The position numbers and the translations under genes were made by a program. From NCBI GenBank assembly GCA_964188305.1, contig OZ076887.1: a stretch of DNA of 64,000 nt; one strand, written 5' to 3'. Under the pieces are notes generated by a model. The model did not search any database, had not been told where the DNA came from, and was given only the letters and a program-made list of their open reading frames with translations. Within the stretch, counting starts at the first letter, position 1. The number at the start of each line of letters is the position of its first letter. Shown piece by piece: positions 22,700 to 35,825 of the stretch. This DNA is from Podarcis bocagei (taxonomy: Eukaryota).

Positions 22700-23307
22700 T
22701 GTGCTGGTCCCTGGGGTTAACAGAGAGGCGAGGTCCGAGTCCAGTCCGAGGTCGAGGGTGCGGTATGGAGGCTGTCTGTCAAAGCTGAAGCTGGGTCCAA
22801 GGCAGGGAGTCGGGTGAGGTCAGGAACTCTGGCAGAAGAGCAGGCCAGGGTGTAGGCAGGAACAGGCTACCAACAACATTGCTCCCGCAACCTGGGACTG
22901 GGGCTGGCTGGCTTTTATCTGCCCCAAGGCATAGGGTGGCCCCGGTCCACAGGTGACTCGCCTCTCCTGGCCTGAAGGCGAGCACTCCTCCTGCGGGAAC
23001 CTAGTTCCCTCCGTCTCTCTGCCCTGAGCCTCTGCAGCTCAGGAGAGGCTGGAGGGTTACCGGACCCAGAGGCAACCTCAGCTTCCCCTGACGGGGCTGA
23101 GGGTGGAGCAGCTGCAGGCAATGGGTCCTCCATCCCCTCAGGAGCCAGAGCAGACTCAGCTGGTGCCTGCACCTGAGGATCCAGCACAGGTGAGGACCCT
23201 TCAGGCTCAAGCCCCAGCCCCGGCTCAGCTGTTCTGGAGGCGGGGAATCCTGTGCAGGCTGGGATTCCTCAGGTTCAGCCTCTGAATCCGATTCTCAGGC
23301 CATCACA
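22700..23307 (-). mobile_element. Solo LTR (Gypsy-like), 608 bp
   Basis: Minus strand tgtgatgg...ccagcaca (TG..CA, imperfect IR), TATA-like gataaaag at about 22912-22919, TSD cacaa/cacac (4 of 5). Confidence 0.8.
22915..23303 (-). pseudogene. LTR U3 ORF (acidic/Pro-rich, RRRSARL near C-terminus), one stop plus one frameshift
   Basis: ATG at LTR nt 5 gives MA*ESDSEAEPEESQPAQDSPPPE, then after a 1-nt shift AEPGLGLEPEGSSPVLDPQ...SPELQRLRAERRRELGSRRRSARLQARRGESPVDRGHPMPWGR*. Confidence 0.5.
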
Positions 23308-24097
23308 CACACATTCAGTAATAGCTCCCACATGTATACTCAAGCATATATTCCACTGATTTAAATTACGATTATTCTTAAATTAATGAGCACAGGACTG
23401 CAGACTTTCATTCTATTCTACACCATACTAAATTCTGTTCTATTATTCTAAGGACTTCTAGTCTGTATATCCTTACTGTGCAGTGCGATATTATCAAATA
23501 AAAAACTCATAGTTACTGTGCTTTGTTAATAGGGTCTTTTGTACCCCCAAAACTGTGTAAAATAAGAATGTGTTGGAATTCTCAATAGACTAAACTTTCC
23601 ATAGCAGGTACTGGTACTGGTATAATAAATATTTTAATAATTGATAAAGTCTAGCACATAAATAATTTTTTATATTTATGTATATTTTTTAAAAACAACA
23701 ATTCCTTTTCTACTATGCAAATTTGATTTGTGACAGAAAATGACAGAAAGCAAAATTTTCCATTTTGACACTTCTGTAAATAATAATGATGATTTGATGC
23801 ATTCACAGGTATTTTCTACACAAGAAATAATTTTATTTAGACTCCCCCCCCCACTATCTTTAAGAACTCATTTAGAACATATTACAACACATGTATCTAA
23901 GACAACCACAAAACATTGCTTGTGGGCTTTCTAAATGAAGCAACCAAACTGCTCCAGTTTCTGGTCCTCCTGCATTTCAGTAGTTATTACAAATAAAACA
24001 ACATAAGAAAATAAAATTGAATGTGCTGTCAGGAAAATGGAAGAAGCTGAATTCTAGCAAAGTAAATAAGTGCATGCAATTGGTTCTTCTCTAATTA

Positions 24098-24345
24098 CAG
24101 TGGTACCTTGGGTTACATACGCTTCAGGTTACATACGCTTCAGGTTACAGACTCTGCTAACCCAGAGATATTACCTTGGGTTAAGAACTTTGCTTCAGGA
24201 TAAGAACAAAAATCGTGCTCTGGCGGTGCGGTGGCAGCGGGAGGCCCCATTAGCTAATGTGGTGCTTCAGGTTAAGAACAGTTTCAGGTTAAAAACGGAC
24301 CTCCGGAACGAATTACCGGTAAGTTCTTAACCAGAGGTACCACTG
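24098..24345 (-). mobile_element. Tigger-like MITE (opposite orientation)
   Basis: ta|cagtggtacct...aggtaccactg|ta, reverse complement of the 904/16957 body. Confidence 0.92.
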
Positions 24346-25128
24346 TACTTGTCTCTTTCTCTTTTTCACTCAGCATGGGCACACTCACACACCTATCTCT
24401 CTTTTCCACTAAAAATACTTGTTAGGCATATAGGAAGCTGTCGTATACTGCCATTCCTAAAATACATGGACACATTATTTCCATTCCAGTGGAAAAAGTG
24501 CTTATTCAGCCCTCAGATTAGCTGGCTTTAAGCTACTTCCCATCACAAACAAACACTGTGTCTGTGAATAGAGAGAATCCTCAATTTTTTGACTGACATA
24601 AGTGTTCCTGTAATTAGTAATATTTTTGTTCAATGGTCTTAAATATTACCCTATCTTCAAGAGTCAGTAAGTGATCATTTTCTATAAATGAAATCAACTA
24701 AACTGAAGATAAATATTATCTGCTCAAATATGCTGAAATTTACAGGGGAGTTTCATATCAATCAAGTGACAATAGTGGATTTACATTCCCGCATGACATA
24801 CTTATTTAACATTTCTTTTTTAATAACCAAAATCATTACTTTCTGAAAGCCTATCTATCAATCACTCATCTGATATACAATCAAGCTTGGATACATCTTT
24901 TATTTCTCTTTTGAGCGGGTCCTTGAACATCCAAGCTGAAAGGGATGAGGAACGAAGTTGCTCCTCAAATTGTATCCAGTGGTGAAGTTTGTGTTCTAAC
25001 TTCCAGTTCCCTGCAGTCCATCTCTAGGAGGGTTGCCATATTTCAAGCAGTAAACCCCACCCCCCAAGATTGTTGAGGTTTTTTTTACAAACACGGTTCA
25101 AAACCTATCTCTAGTGAAAGACTTTGGC

Positions 25129-26060
25129 AATAAAATAACTTTATTGCACTTACCAGCCATGACAAATCAGAATAAATATTAAATACAGGCAAAAGGGGTG
25201 TCATGCCACAAATAATGGTCTCTATTTAGATCTCTGTGTCTCCCTTACAATTCGCTGCTATATTGTCCAAGGTTTTCTTTCTGATCTTTTGGGCCACCAA
25301 AAGTAAAAAGGGTGACTTTATCACTGAAGTGTTTTCATTGCTAAGAAGCCATAGGATCTTCTCTGCTGGGGAGAGGCATCTTTCTTGTAAGGTGAGAAAT
25401 CACCTCCTGGATCCAATGTATAGTAGGCAATCTAGTGTAAGATGTATTCCACCTGTGGTTGATATACAGAGCCTGTCTTTGTATGGTACCCCTTTGTATG
25501 GTCTTTGTATGGTACCCGTCTAGGACGGCGAAGGGCATAGCTTGAAAATGCAACTCAGTAAAAGCAAATCAAAGTGAGGCTGGCCGGAGATTCAACAGGT
25601 AACTGGCTCTAAAATGGACCGTTTTTAGAAGGGGGAACCAAGGATAGCATTTAGAGGAGTTGATCGCTTGCAGATCACGTAGTGATTCTGTCCAGTGGCA
25701 CCAATCCCTTAATTGGCGTCTGTCTGTGGATATAATCTCCAACTTGGAGAAATACGGTAATAAGAATTCAAATAATGTTGTATGTTAGATTTCCACCATT
25801 GGCTATTCTCCAATTCCACATAGCACAGGGCTGGCAAGTACTCGCAAGGCATGGAGGACAGTCTTTTCAGGTAATTAAATCTGGTGCAAACAGCTCTTGC
25901 AGCTAACGTTGGCCATGCAGCTTCCGTGCTTACGAGTGTGGCTGCTGTTCCCTTGGGCAGGGAAAACAGTCTCTTGAGAAATTGGTTTTGTACCATTTCT
26001 AACCTTTTAATGGCACTCTCATCCTCATCCCAGATTTCAACTTATTTACTAACCAGAGCA
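25129..26060 (-). mobile_element. Decayed LINE ORF2 3' part (RTE-X-like)
   Basis: Minus frames give VQNQFLKRLFSLPKGTAATLV and AFTELHFQAMPFAVLDG...RLC. aataaa near 25140. Upstream boundary uncertain and may extend to about 26500. Confidence 0.65.
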
Positions 26061-29000
26061 GATTCAGCTGAATTGCAAGGCCAAGGTTCCTACTGTAGTT
26101 TCTTAATTTCCCTCCCCTCCAATGAGGTGGCAAGATGGTGGCATCTATCGCTGGGGAGGGCCAAATTTGATTCAGCAGGGGTTGCAGTTTGGCCCACAAG
26201 GCCATGTTCCCCAAACTACACTCATGTGTGGGGCAGATAGCAAAGCAAATGGCTTATCTGTGTGTCCAAGTTCCCTGGGGACAACTTGTTCATACAGACA
26301 ATCCCCGAAGAGAGCAGGTTCGAATCTACCCCCCACCCATTGCCCAAGTTCAACCCATTGTTGTAATGACTTTGCAACTGAGTTGTCCACAGAGAACTTG
26401 ATTGTGTAGCCAATCCCTGCAGCAAGCAAGGTTGAAGACATTTAATAATGTCATAATAGCATCTGGTAATTGACAGTTGAATTGTCTCACCCACCTGTCA
26501 ACGTTGTTGTTGTTGTGATGAAAGGTGGTATATAAATTAAATAAACAAGTTTTCAGGGCAGTTCATAAGATAAAAATACAAGGTAAAAACACAAGGAAAC
26601 AGTTGAAACAAAAACAACAGAACAGTAACCCTCCCCTCTCACAAACACATATAAAAGGCTGTAGAATATTAATCAGCCTTATCAAACCAAAAATTACAAA
26701 TACAAAATACAAATTAAAATATAACACTTAAGAACAGTTTAAAACAACCCCACCCCCAATAAACAAAACCCAACCAAATTAAATCCCCACCCCATTGAAA
26801 CCATAATTTTAGTGCAAGGGAGCTGCCCCATGCCCACGTTCCACTCCCAAAGGGACAACTCCCTTTGATATTGTCCCTTCAGTGGCAGCCCCATCTCCAG
26901 GGCAGGCAGGCTTTATAGAGCTGCCCCAGCAACTGCAAACCTGGCTGGGGAAGCAGGTGTTTCCAGTGCTGCCTGCCTGGGGTCCTGGTATGGGTGGGAA
27001 GGGATAATGATCTGCCCCCTCCAGCCAAAAATGTCACCCACCCCTGATCTAGAGTAACAATTCCTGAGGCTCATAACCAAGGTGTCTCAGTAAGATACTA
27101 GCTGGCTTCCTGACTTTACAAAAAGAACAAAAATGTGCAAACTAAAAATACAATTGACGACATGAAGATCAAAGAATGGACCTCAGTTAGCCTTGGTATG
27201 GCCTGATGATTATCAGCTTGTGGTAACAAAGAAGGGGTGCAATCCCACTGCTGTAGAGCTAGCTTTGTGATTTTTCTCTCCTTCTCGGTGAAATTCAGCG
27301 TAGAAACAGTGGCAAAAAGAACTGCATAACTAAAATCCCAGTTAACAAAGAGTTAAAGCTATTTAAAAATAAAATAAAATCCCAGGCCTTTGAAAATTGG
27401 TATATTCACAGTTGAAATATTCAATCACATGCTATTTCAAGATCAACCACTAAATCTCTTTTTCAATCTTGACCAGGTTACAGTGGTTACATTCAAAGGT
27501 TTGTTACGAATTTAGAAATGAAATGGGGAAATAGCTGTATTCCTTGAGGGAACATGGGGGAAGGAACAGCTGTCTTTCATCCAAATAAGGAACAATGCTG
27601 AGACTCTAAAAGAAAATTTCTTTCAGCTGTATTGTCGGTGGGAAGTGAAATGTCTGCATGTGCTTTAAGATAACCTAAAGAGAATGGTACACTAGGATAC
27701 AAGCAGGAACCCACTTACTTGGGAGTAACCACCATTGAATTCAATAGGGTTTATTTCTGAGTAGAGATACTTAAGCTTGTGCTGTAACTTACCCATCAGT
27801 TGAGTTGAAGACATTGATTTTTCATCTTACTGTACTTAGTTACAGTTACCTCAGTGTAACCAGATATGACCAAACTCACTTGCATTGTCTTAACTGACTT
27901 CTGGTAATAGAACATTCTAGTTGGTCAACTATTTTGATTGATTTTTCATTCAGTTCATTAAAAATATATTTAAGCAGTGTACAGAAAACTGAAGCAACAA
28001 CAGACAACTTAAACAAAATATTATTAAATACACAGTTACATATAAAATGTTATATTCTGGTGTGCTGCTATTAGCAGGGATTATTCTGAGATCTGATGAA
28101 AATTAGAAAATAAAATTGCAATTGCAAAGAAAAATTAAGTCAACTTTTAGGCTTTGTATACTGAATATAAGGAAAGTAAACATGATAAATTAGCTCGATC
28201 TCTAGGGCATCAGATTTTTTTCAATCTAAACTGGAAATTACTGGAAATTTCCCGATTCACAATTTTTCAGAAACCCCAGTATCCCTTTCCTAGATGCCAA
28301 CCCAGAGATGTATGAAGAGAGCAAAACCCAATAAAATAGTACATTTGCCTTTATATCAAGATAAAGATGCTAATAATGAGCAGATTATTAACAACACCAG
28401 TAACTTCTTACAGAATGAGAATCTTGAGAAATATACTACCAGCAAGATTCTCTGATAAATGCTTCAAGTTTTATGTTGCAGATCCATCATTTGATTATTT
28501 GAAGGTGAAACAAACTTGTAAACACACAGGGTTTGTAAACACACATGCATGGTTATATAGCCCTTGGTATTAAGTCCACTACATTTGTGTCTCCCCTTCA
28601 TGGTGCTAACTGGGTGGACCCTCTGATGTGCCTGCTACACAGATTATACTGAGCACAGGTACAAATTGTACATGTTTGATCTTATCCAAAAAGAAAGAAT
28701 GATAGAAAAGAAACTACAGGTCTAGATTTTCAAATTTTCTTTGTTTCCTGGAGAAACAGGCATACCTGATAATGGAAGCTGCTTGAGGGACATAGAAGAT
28801 CTGTAAAAAAAATATGTTGGTTGGGCTGCTTGATTTTTGTATTTGCTTTTTAGACTGAAGAGAAGCTAAAAACAGATCATATTTTGACAACCCTGTGTCT
28901 TGAGTTCCTTCCTTTCTTCAGTGTTTTGGGCTAGTTTTAGCATTTCCTTTTATGTTTGAACGCACACACCTTTCAACACTGCTTATTTCTATTTACAAAT

Positions 29001-29479
29001 GGAGATGTTTTTGTTGCTCTTCCTTTTTCAAATGCCTGTCTCTCGAGGCACACCAAATAACGTTAAAATGTAAAAAGAGACATAACAGTTCACGAAAGCA
29101 TTATGCAACTGGCTTGGTATGGAATAGCAATCAGATAAATTACTGGCAATCTGATTTTGTTTTTGTCTCTTGCAGAAGCCCAAACGGAAGCAAAGCATAT
29201 TATAACCTTGATGCTTACACAAACACCCTGACACAAGAACCCAATAATGAAAAATAATGTTTTCCTATTTCAGAAATTAGTGGCAGCAGGAACCTGCTTA
29301 GCATCAAGCCATTTTTAATCTCCCTCTCTTCTGAAGTATAACCACTCAACAGCAGCAGCACAACTCTTCAGGGCAGCAGGCGCCTTAATAAGCAACAGCT
29401 TAATTTTCAAAGAGCCCTTTAGTCCACATCACCTTCCTGTCTTCCGGGAGAACGTCATGACTGGAGTACGCACATGCAT

Positions 29480-29510
<31 letters not shown>

Positions 29511-29521
29511 CACACACACAC
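29480..29521. repeat. (GCAC)n-(CA)n microsatellite
   Basis: Direct reading. Confidence 0.9.
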
Positions 29522-29525
29522 TAAT

Positions 29526-29860
29526 AGGGTAAAGGGACCCCTGACAGTTAGGTGCAGTCGCGGACGACTCTGGAGTCACTTTATTGGCCGAGGGAGCCGG
29601 CGTACAGTTTCCAGGTCATGTGGCCAGCATGACTAAGCCGCTTCTGGCGAAACCAGAGCAGCGCACGGAAATGCTGTTTACCTTCCCGCCGGAGCGGTAC
29701 CTATTTATCTACTTGCACTTTGACGTGCTTTTGAACTGCTAGGTTGGCAGGAGCAGGGACCCAGCAACGGGAGCTCACCCCGTCGCGGGGATTCGAACCA
29801 CCAGCCTTCTGATTGGCAAGCCCTAGGCTCTGTGGTTTAACCCACAGCACCACCCCTCCC
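29526..29860 (-). mobile_element. Sauria SINE
   Basis: Reverse complement of the 8194 copy with a small internal deletion near 29575. Confidence 0.93.
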
Positions 29861-32527
29861 AATTTTGTCATAGTCTCATCCCTGATGTCCTCTTCAAATG
29901 AGTACTATAGCAAGGTAACCCATGGTGCTATATATCCTATGATTTTAGCCCACAAGCTATAATTTGCCACTAAAAGCCTTACACTTACAGTAAGACTTGT
30001 GTGTGGTACAAGATGGGCTAGCTAGCACTGCACAATTAACTTCAGTGCAACTAGTGCCTATGTTGTCATTAAGAACTGCATACCTTCTCTGCACCTTCCT
30101 CTGAACTTTGACTGTGAATAGTTGACCTGTGATAATTGAAAGTGTATTGACAGTTGACACTTGATGTTTGACAATAGAATGGCATGAGATTTAAACTTTT
30201 GAAAATATTTGAAGTCTGCCAGTTCATAGATTTTGATATAAGCCAATGATATTTAATGGCCCAGTCAAAAAGTATTTAATATTTTAGATATACAATTCAT
30301 TATTCTCATTGATATGTGCTATTTCATATACCAGTAGTCTTTAAAATAATTGACATCCAGATCCATATACATTGCAACACACAGAATTAATAACAAAAAC
30401 AAACTTGGAGAAGAGAGCATGTAACAAATCTCAGCGATGTCATAACACAACAGACATATAAGGAGTAACCCAAAGTTATGTTAATGTGGTCGTTCTGTCT
30501 GGGCAAGCATTTTGGCATTTTCTGAGGTCTTCCCAACCCATCTCCAAGCCAATTTTAGAAGGGGAAGGAAGGGCACAGGCGGAGGAGAAAAGAGAGAAGC
30601 TCCATCATGCAAACAGAAGTCCTTATGCAACGTTCCCACTGATTGGACTAATGAATTGAATCCCACTTACAAAGGTAGATTATGACATTATAATTGGGAT
30701 CTGCCTGTCTTAAGAGTGCACATCTGGGGGTGAAGTAAAACCACAGCATCAGCAGCATCCAAGTGACCTCCCTGGGATGCAAGCCTGGGCAGTATGTATG
30801 GAGGTCCTGGGCTGCCCAGACGACTGGTGTGGTCCAAAGGAAACCAGAGCTGTCCTTCATGTGGGACAGCTTTCCTAACTCCTTACAACTCCCACCGACC
30901 CTGACTATGTGGGCTGCAGCTGCAGCCTAGACATCTGGAGGGCACCAGCTTGGGGAAGGCTGACATAGAGGATGACATGAATCCACATTTCAAAGAAGTC
31001 TTGTTAAGCTGTGCCATTTGCTAGATGTATTAACTTTTTGGACAATGCCAAAACCGAAATCTTTTTGAACCTTTTCTGGATTGAAAATCCAGAGGAGCAT
31101 TTCCAGTGTTTAGCTACCTCCAGTCTGTTAAGGAGGAATAGGATCAGGTCTTTGTGAAGAAGCTTTCCCTTGGTTCCCTTCTTCTATTGAAAGAAACACC
31201 CAAGTCCATAGATTCATTATTTGACAATTACTGTCTTTGGTTAGTATTCTGCTCTTTAAGGTCTCAGGCAGGATTTTGCTTTTTTTTTTTTGCAGTGTTA
31301 TTCCCCGATCTCTTTCTAATTTAATGTGGGACATTCTGCATGCAAAGCATGTGCTATGGCCCTTCCCCTAAAATACTACTTACTGACAATAAGATTTGGG
31401 CTGTGGGCTGTTAGTAGAAAAGGAGAGAGCAGAAAACAGGTCTTGGGTGGCTGGTGGAAGCCACAGAAGGTGGTGGCTAGCAGGCTTGAGCAATGGTTGT
31501 TTTGCACTGGGCCCTGTATCTCCTGCCCCTTCCTTTCTCTCTTTAACCATGTTTTGCTTACAAGATGGCTGGTTGTGCCGCAAAGCACAGTTCCAGTAAG
31601 ACCTCAGCCAGCCACCCTTCATCATAACTTGCCCAGAGGAAAATTTGTGTCATGCTCCTACAACTCCCCTGAACCACAAAAGGCAGAGAGGCCATGGAAA
31701 CAGCACATCTGCCTGCAGGTCTGTACTCTGAAATGCTTTATATTGGCCTACTTCAAAAATAGCTGCATATGAAGAAACTGCAGTTCTAGAAAGCAAGGAT
31801 AAAAATAATATTACAATTATTGCTTTCCCAGAAGATGTAGAGGAGGTAATCCAATTGCTTTCTTCAATAAGGCACTCAGGGAACTACTGTAATTTGCCTG
31901 TTGAAGTTCTGTAGGGAAATCACAAGCTGATCACAGAGAAATAGCCAGAAGAGGAAGAGCCTGCAGAAACACCACTATCCCAGCAAGAAAGAACAATCCA
32001 CTATGTGCTATAACCTGCCTTACATCAATCTCAGAAAACATGAAACTAGCAGGGTGGTGGTGGTGGTGATGATGATGATATATTTCTTATACACCACCCA
32101 TCCAACTGGGTGAGTCCCAGCCACTCTGGACAGCTGGATGGATCTTGGGAAGTAATATATAGTCCCCCGTATGCAAATCCCATTTCTCCCCATCTTGATT
32201 CTGCCCTACATTCTTGATCTTCGCTGAGGAGAAGGGGACTAGGAAACGGTTTCCCCTCCACCTCCCCATTCCTACTCCCACCACTTGGACACCCTTTTTC
32301 ACAAAAAGACTTACCTGACGGTAGAAACCATCACCCCATGCTCCATAATGTCTACAAGCTAAAGAGCTTACCCAATGGCAGCCTATTCTAGCAATGGCAG
32401 GTAAGCCCACTTGTAAGCAAGCTCTCTTGCAAGAGAAGGCAGTCCCCAGCCTCCTTAGAGCATCACCCCCAGCTGAGTGTATTAATATGTTGGAAAGGGT
32501 TCTGGTTGCAGAAGCACTACTGCTGGG

Positions 32528-32824
32528 CAGGGCTGCTAGGGATGTGGGGCAGCTGGGCACTGGGCTCTCAGGGGTGCCAGGCTAAGAGTCCAGGGCCCGA
32601 GAGTTGGGTCTGGGGAAGAGCCCACCCGTCGATCGGAGTGCCACAGTGGGCTCTTCTGCTGCAAGCAGCTCTGCGCCATGAGTTCAAGGGTGACCTAGGC
32701 AGCAAGATGCTGAGGTGGCTGGCCAGCTCCGCCCTCCTGCGCATCCGGGACTAGGCAACCTGGGGGGGGGGCGCACCAGGTGGATCTTTGCACCCCGGCA
32801 CCACATGTGCTTATGACAGCCCTG
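32528..32824. mobile_element. hAT-type MITE
   Basis: TIR cagggctg...cagccctg and perfect 8-bp TSD ctgctggg (32520-32527, 32825-32832). Confidence 0.88.
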
Positions 32825-32864
32825 CTGCTGGGTTCCCCAAGTGGTTGTGGGCACTGAAGTATCT

Positions 32865-33262
32865 GAACCGAGGCAGTCCTATGTACAACACATTGCAGTA
32901 TTCTAACTTAGAGGTTACCAGAGCATAGACAACAGTAATTAGGCTTTCCGTGTTCAGATAGGAATGCAGCTGTGCCAACAGTCACAGCTGATGGGAAGCA
33001 CTCTGCACCACTGAGGCCAACTGAGACTCAAGCCACAGCAAAGGATTCAGAAGTACCCCCAAGCTATGTACCCGCTCCTTCAGAGAGAGTGCTACCCCAT
33101 CAAGAGCAGGGAAACACCCCCCCCCCCCACAATCTATCCAGTCCGGGGAACCACCCAGTAACAGTGCCTCAGTCTTATCTGGCTTCAGCTTCAGTTTGTG
33201 GGCTCTCATCCAGCCCGTTACTGAGGCAAGATGACGGTCTAGCACATCCGCTGCCAATCTGA
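32865..33262 (-). mobile_element. Decayed L2 LINE ORF2 fragment
   Basis: LASVTGWMRAHKLKLKPDKTEALL...VHSLGVLL, then tctaagttagaatactgcaatgtg (SRLDYCN-like). Confidence 0.85.
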
Positions 33263-35578
33263 TGAACTTCAGCCTTTGTGCAGCATAGGAATTGGCTTTT
33301 AGAAATTTCTGTGTAATTACAAGTAAATAGATCAAGAATGTTTTTTGCAAAAAGCTTTATATATAATTATGCACAAGCTTTTGCAAAACATAAGCACCAA
33401 GGGATTAATTACTGTATAATTAGCGGAATTCAGAGATCTGTGTATTGGATCCCTATTTTGCAAAGGCTAACAAAGCATTAAGTCAATGTTCAGAAGAGCC
33501 ACCATGGGAGAGCCGTGTGGAATTAAAGTAATGTTAAGTATGGATGTGAAGGGCTTGATGCTCAGTTGGTTGCCATTTTAGCCTGCTAATTGTTTGTTCT
33601 CTGTTTGTGGATCATCACTGTTTCCCCGTGGAGTTACTAAAAGTGAAGAACTGCAAAAGTCTGAGGACCACAGAGATGGAGTTGTTCATTCAGTCTAGCC
33701 AGCATGGTTGAGCATAGGGATGAATTCTGGAATATGATTTCCCTAGGTGTTGAGAAGCATTTGCAAACGTCATTTGCAATTACCTTTCCCATTACACCCA
33801 GTAAGCTGGGATTGTATGCCAATTTTTACAGATGGGTCATATTATCATACACCAAAACAGAAGCAGCTGTAATATCTCAAATAATCATTTCAGATAATTT
33901 CCCTGTGAATAGAAGCACAAGAGAACGAAGCTCAGGATTTCCCCTCAGGGTTTATCTTACATTTTTATTGCCACATTAGAAGCTGCAATAAAATAACATG
34001 GCCGTCACCAAAGTGATAAAGAAGGAATACTCAAAAGAGCTGGGAGCACACGCTGATATCTTAAACTTCAGTTGCAAGTATTTCACCAGTAATTCAGGGG
34101 TGTCCATTTTGCCCAGAATGATGTGCTCCTCACCCTTTGTCCTCTTCCAGCCCATGGATCACATATGCAGTAGTATGTGTGTGCTGTGTGCTGTTTGTAT
34201 GGGTTATGCATGATGGACTTGGTGATGGGCCCTCATGAAAATTTTGGAAGGCCTGATCTGAGGCAGAACAATCATCTCTTATAGGTAGTGAGAAGTGATT
34301 TGTTCCTCAAATAAAATACAGTGGGTAATATCCATTTAAGTCAAATTCAGAGTAGATCCATTGAATTAAATGGACTTAATGGACCTAATGTAAATCAAAA
34401 GCCTGAATTAAGGCTTTTGATTTTCTCCTCCCTCACCAAAAGGGGTCTTTCCTTTCGGGTAACACAATGAGGCCCATCATGTCAAGACCTGCATGTCTTC
34501 AGGAATAAGACTATTTATTTATTTAAAAGGGTCAAAGTAAGATAAAATATATACATATTTAAGAAAAAATAATGGGAAAATCCCCCATCTGCATGGAACA
34601 ATGTCTCTTCTAATGTATGAAATAAATAATACCCTCCTTATATTCTCATAAGGTTGATTTATGCTCCAGGTGTTTCTGTATGGCCTTTTCACATAGCTGC
34701 TTTAGAGACTTCCTCAGTTCAGTGAAATATATAATTGAATTTGCGAAATAACAGCCGTTAGGAATGCTTGATTTAGTTTGCGCTTTTTTAGGGGGGATGT
34801 GTGTGTGTGTGTGTGTGTCATCAATTATGGGAGAAGTTCTTGTAATTATTGCAAGCCTTTTTTATAAATTAAAAAAAAGCTATAGTAATTTTTGTCCAAA
34901 TCCTTTCTGACATTTCTCTGTAGTATGATGACATTATAAACTGCACCCTGGTATTTATAATGACCTTTACTCTTGGAAGTTTTGTAATAACTGCATTGTT
35001 CTGTAAGAGATGATATTAAATTCAGGCAGATGCAACAAGCACAGGTTTGGGAACATAAAAAAATGAGAGAGAATAAAAAGTAGCAGATAGCACTAGCCAA
35101 GTGTGGCTGGGGCTGAGGGTTCAAAGCATCTGAAGGGCACCAGGTTGTGGAAAGCTCCTACGAAGACACCCTGACACACACACAGTAATTGTACTAGTTG
35201 GCTGGGTACAGCGCATAACCAACTTTGCACTTCAGGGAATCATTTAAGTATTATCGATGTGTTAGTTTCCAGTTTTCCCATTATTAGAAAACAGCTATTA
35301 GCTAAAGCAGGATCCAGGATGAGAAGAAATGCATGCTGCTTAATCTTATAGCATCTGGTCATAGTGCTTTTCTCCCGGTTTCCTGCAGCAATGTAGAATT
35401 TTTGCAATATTAACACAACAGTCATCTCTCTCTCAAAAGGACCTACAAATGCATGGGGGGGGTAATTTAGTAATAAGCAGCAGCTCGACAACTGTAACTG
35501 AAGCTCTCTCTCTTTCTCTCGTTTATTCATTTATTACACTTATATCCCACTTTTCTTCCAAGGAGGATACATGGTTCT

Positions 35579-35825
35579 TGTTAAGTTGTGGGTGAACATA
35601 TCAGATGACACAGCGATTCTTCAAACAGCTCTTGTTTATTCACAGGCCAAAACACAACTGAACTGAAGGGTTCAGTCAGCCTGCTTATATAGAGCTCCAG
35701 TACAACGTTACTGTAACAACTTTCTAAAACTACCCAATCACTGAACGTCACTTTCGATCCCTTATTTGCATAACTATCTACAGTATCCCCCTGCTGGCCC
35801 AGGGTGAGAACTTCAGTACATAATA
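35579..35825 (-). mobile_element. Short solo LTR (copy 1), inside an old SINE fragment (about 35520-35912)
   Basis: Minus strand t(a)ttatgtactgaag...tatataag...aataaa...cttaaca with perfect 5-bp TSD gttct (35574-35578, 35826-35830). Confidence 0.88.

Noticed and set aside
21966-23307. Idea that the 632-bp hAT is nested inside the LTR
   Set aside because: The LTR terminus and TSD place its edge at 22700, beyond the hAT's TSD.
25477-25516. Three ctttgtatggt repeats as a CRISPR-like or regulatory array
   Set aside because: Local slippage duplication inside a decayed LINE, with no spacers.
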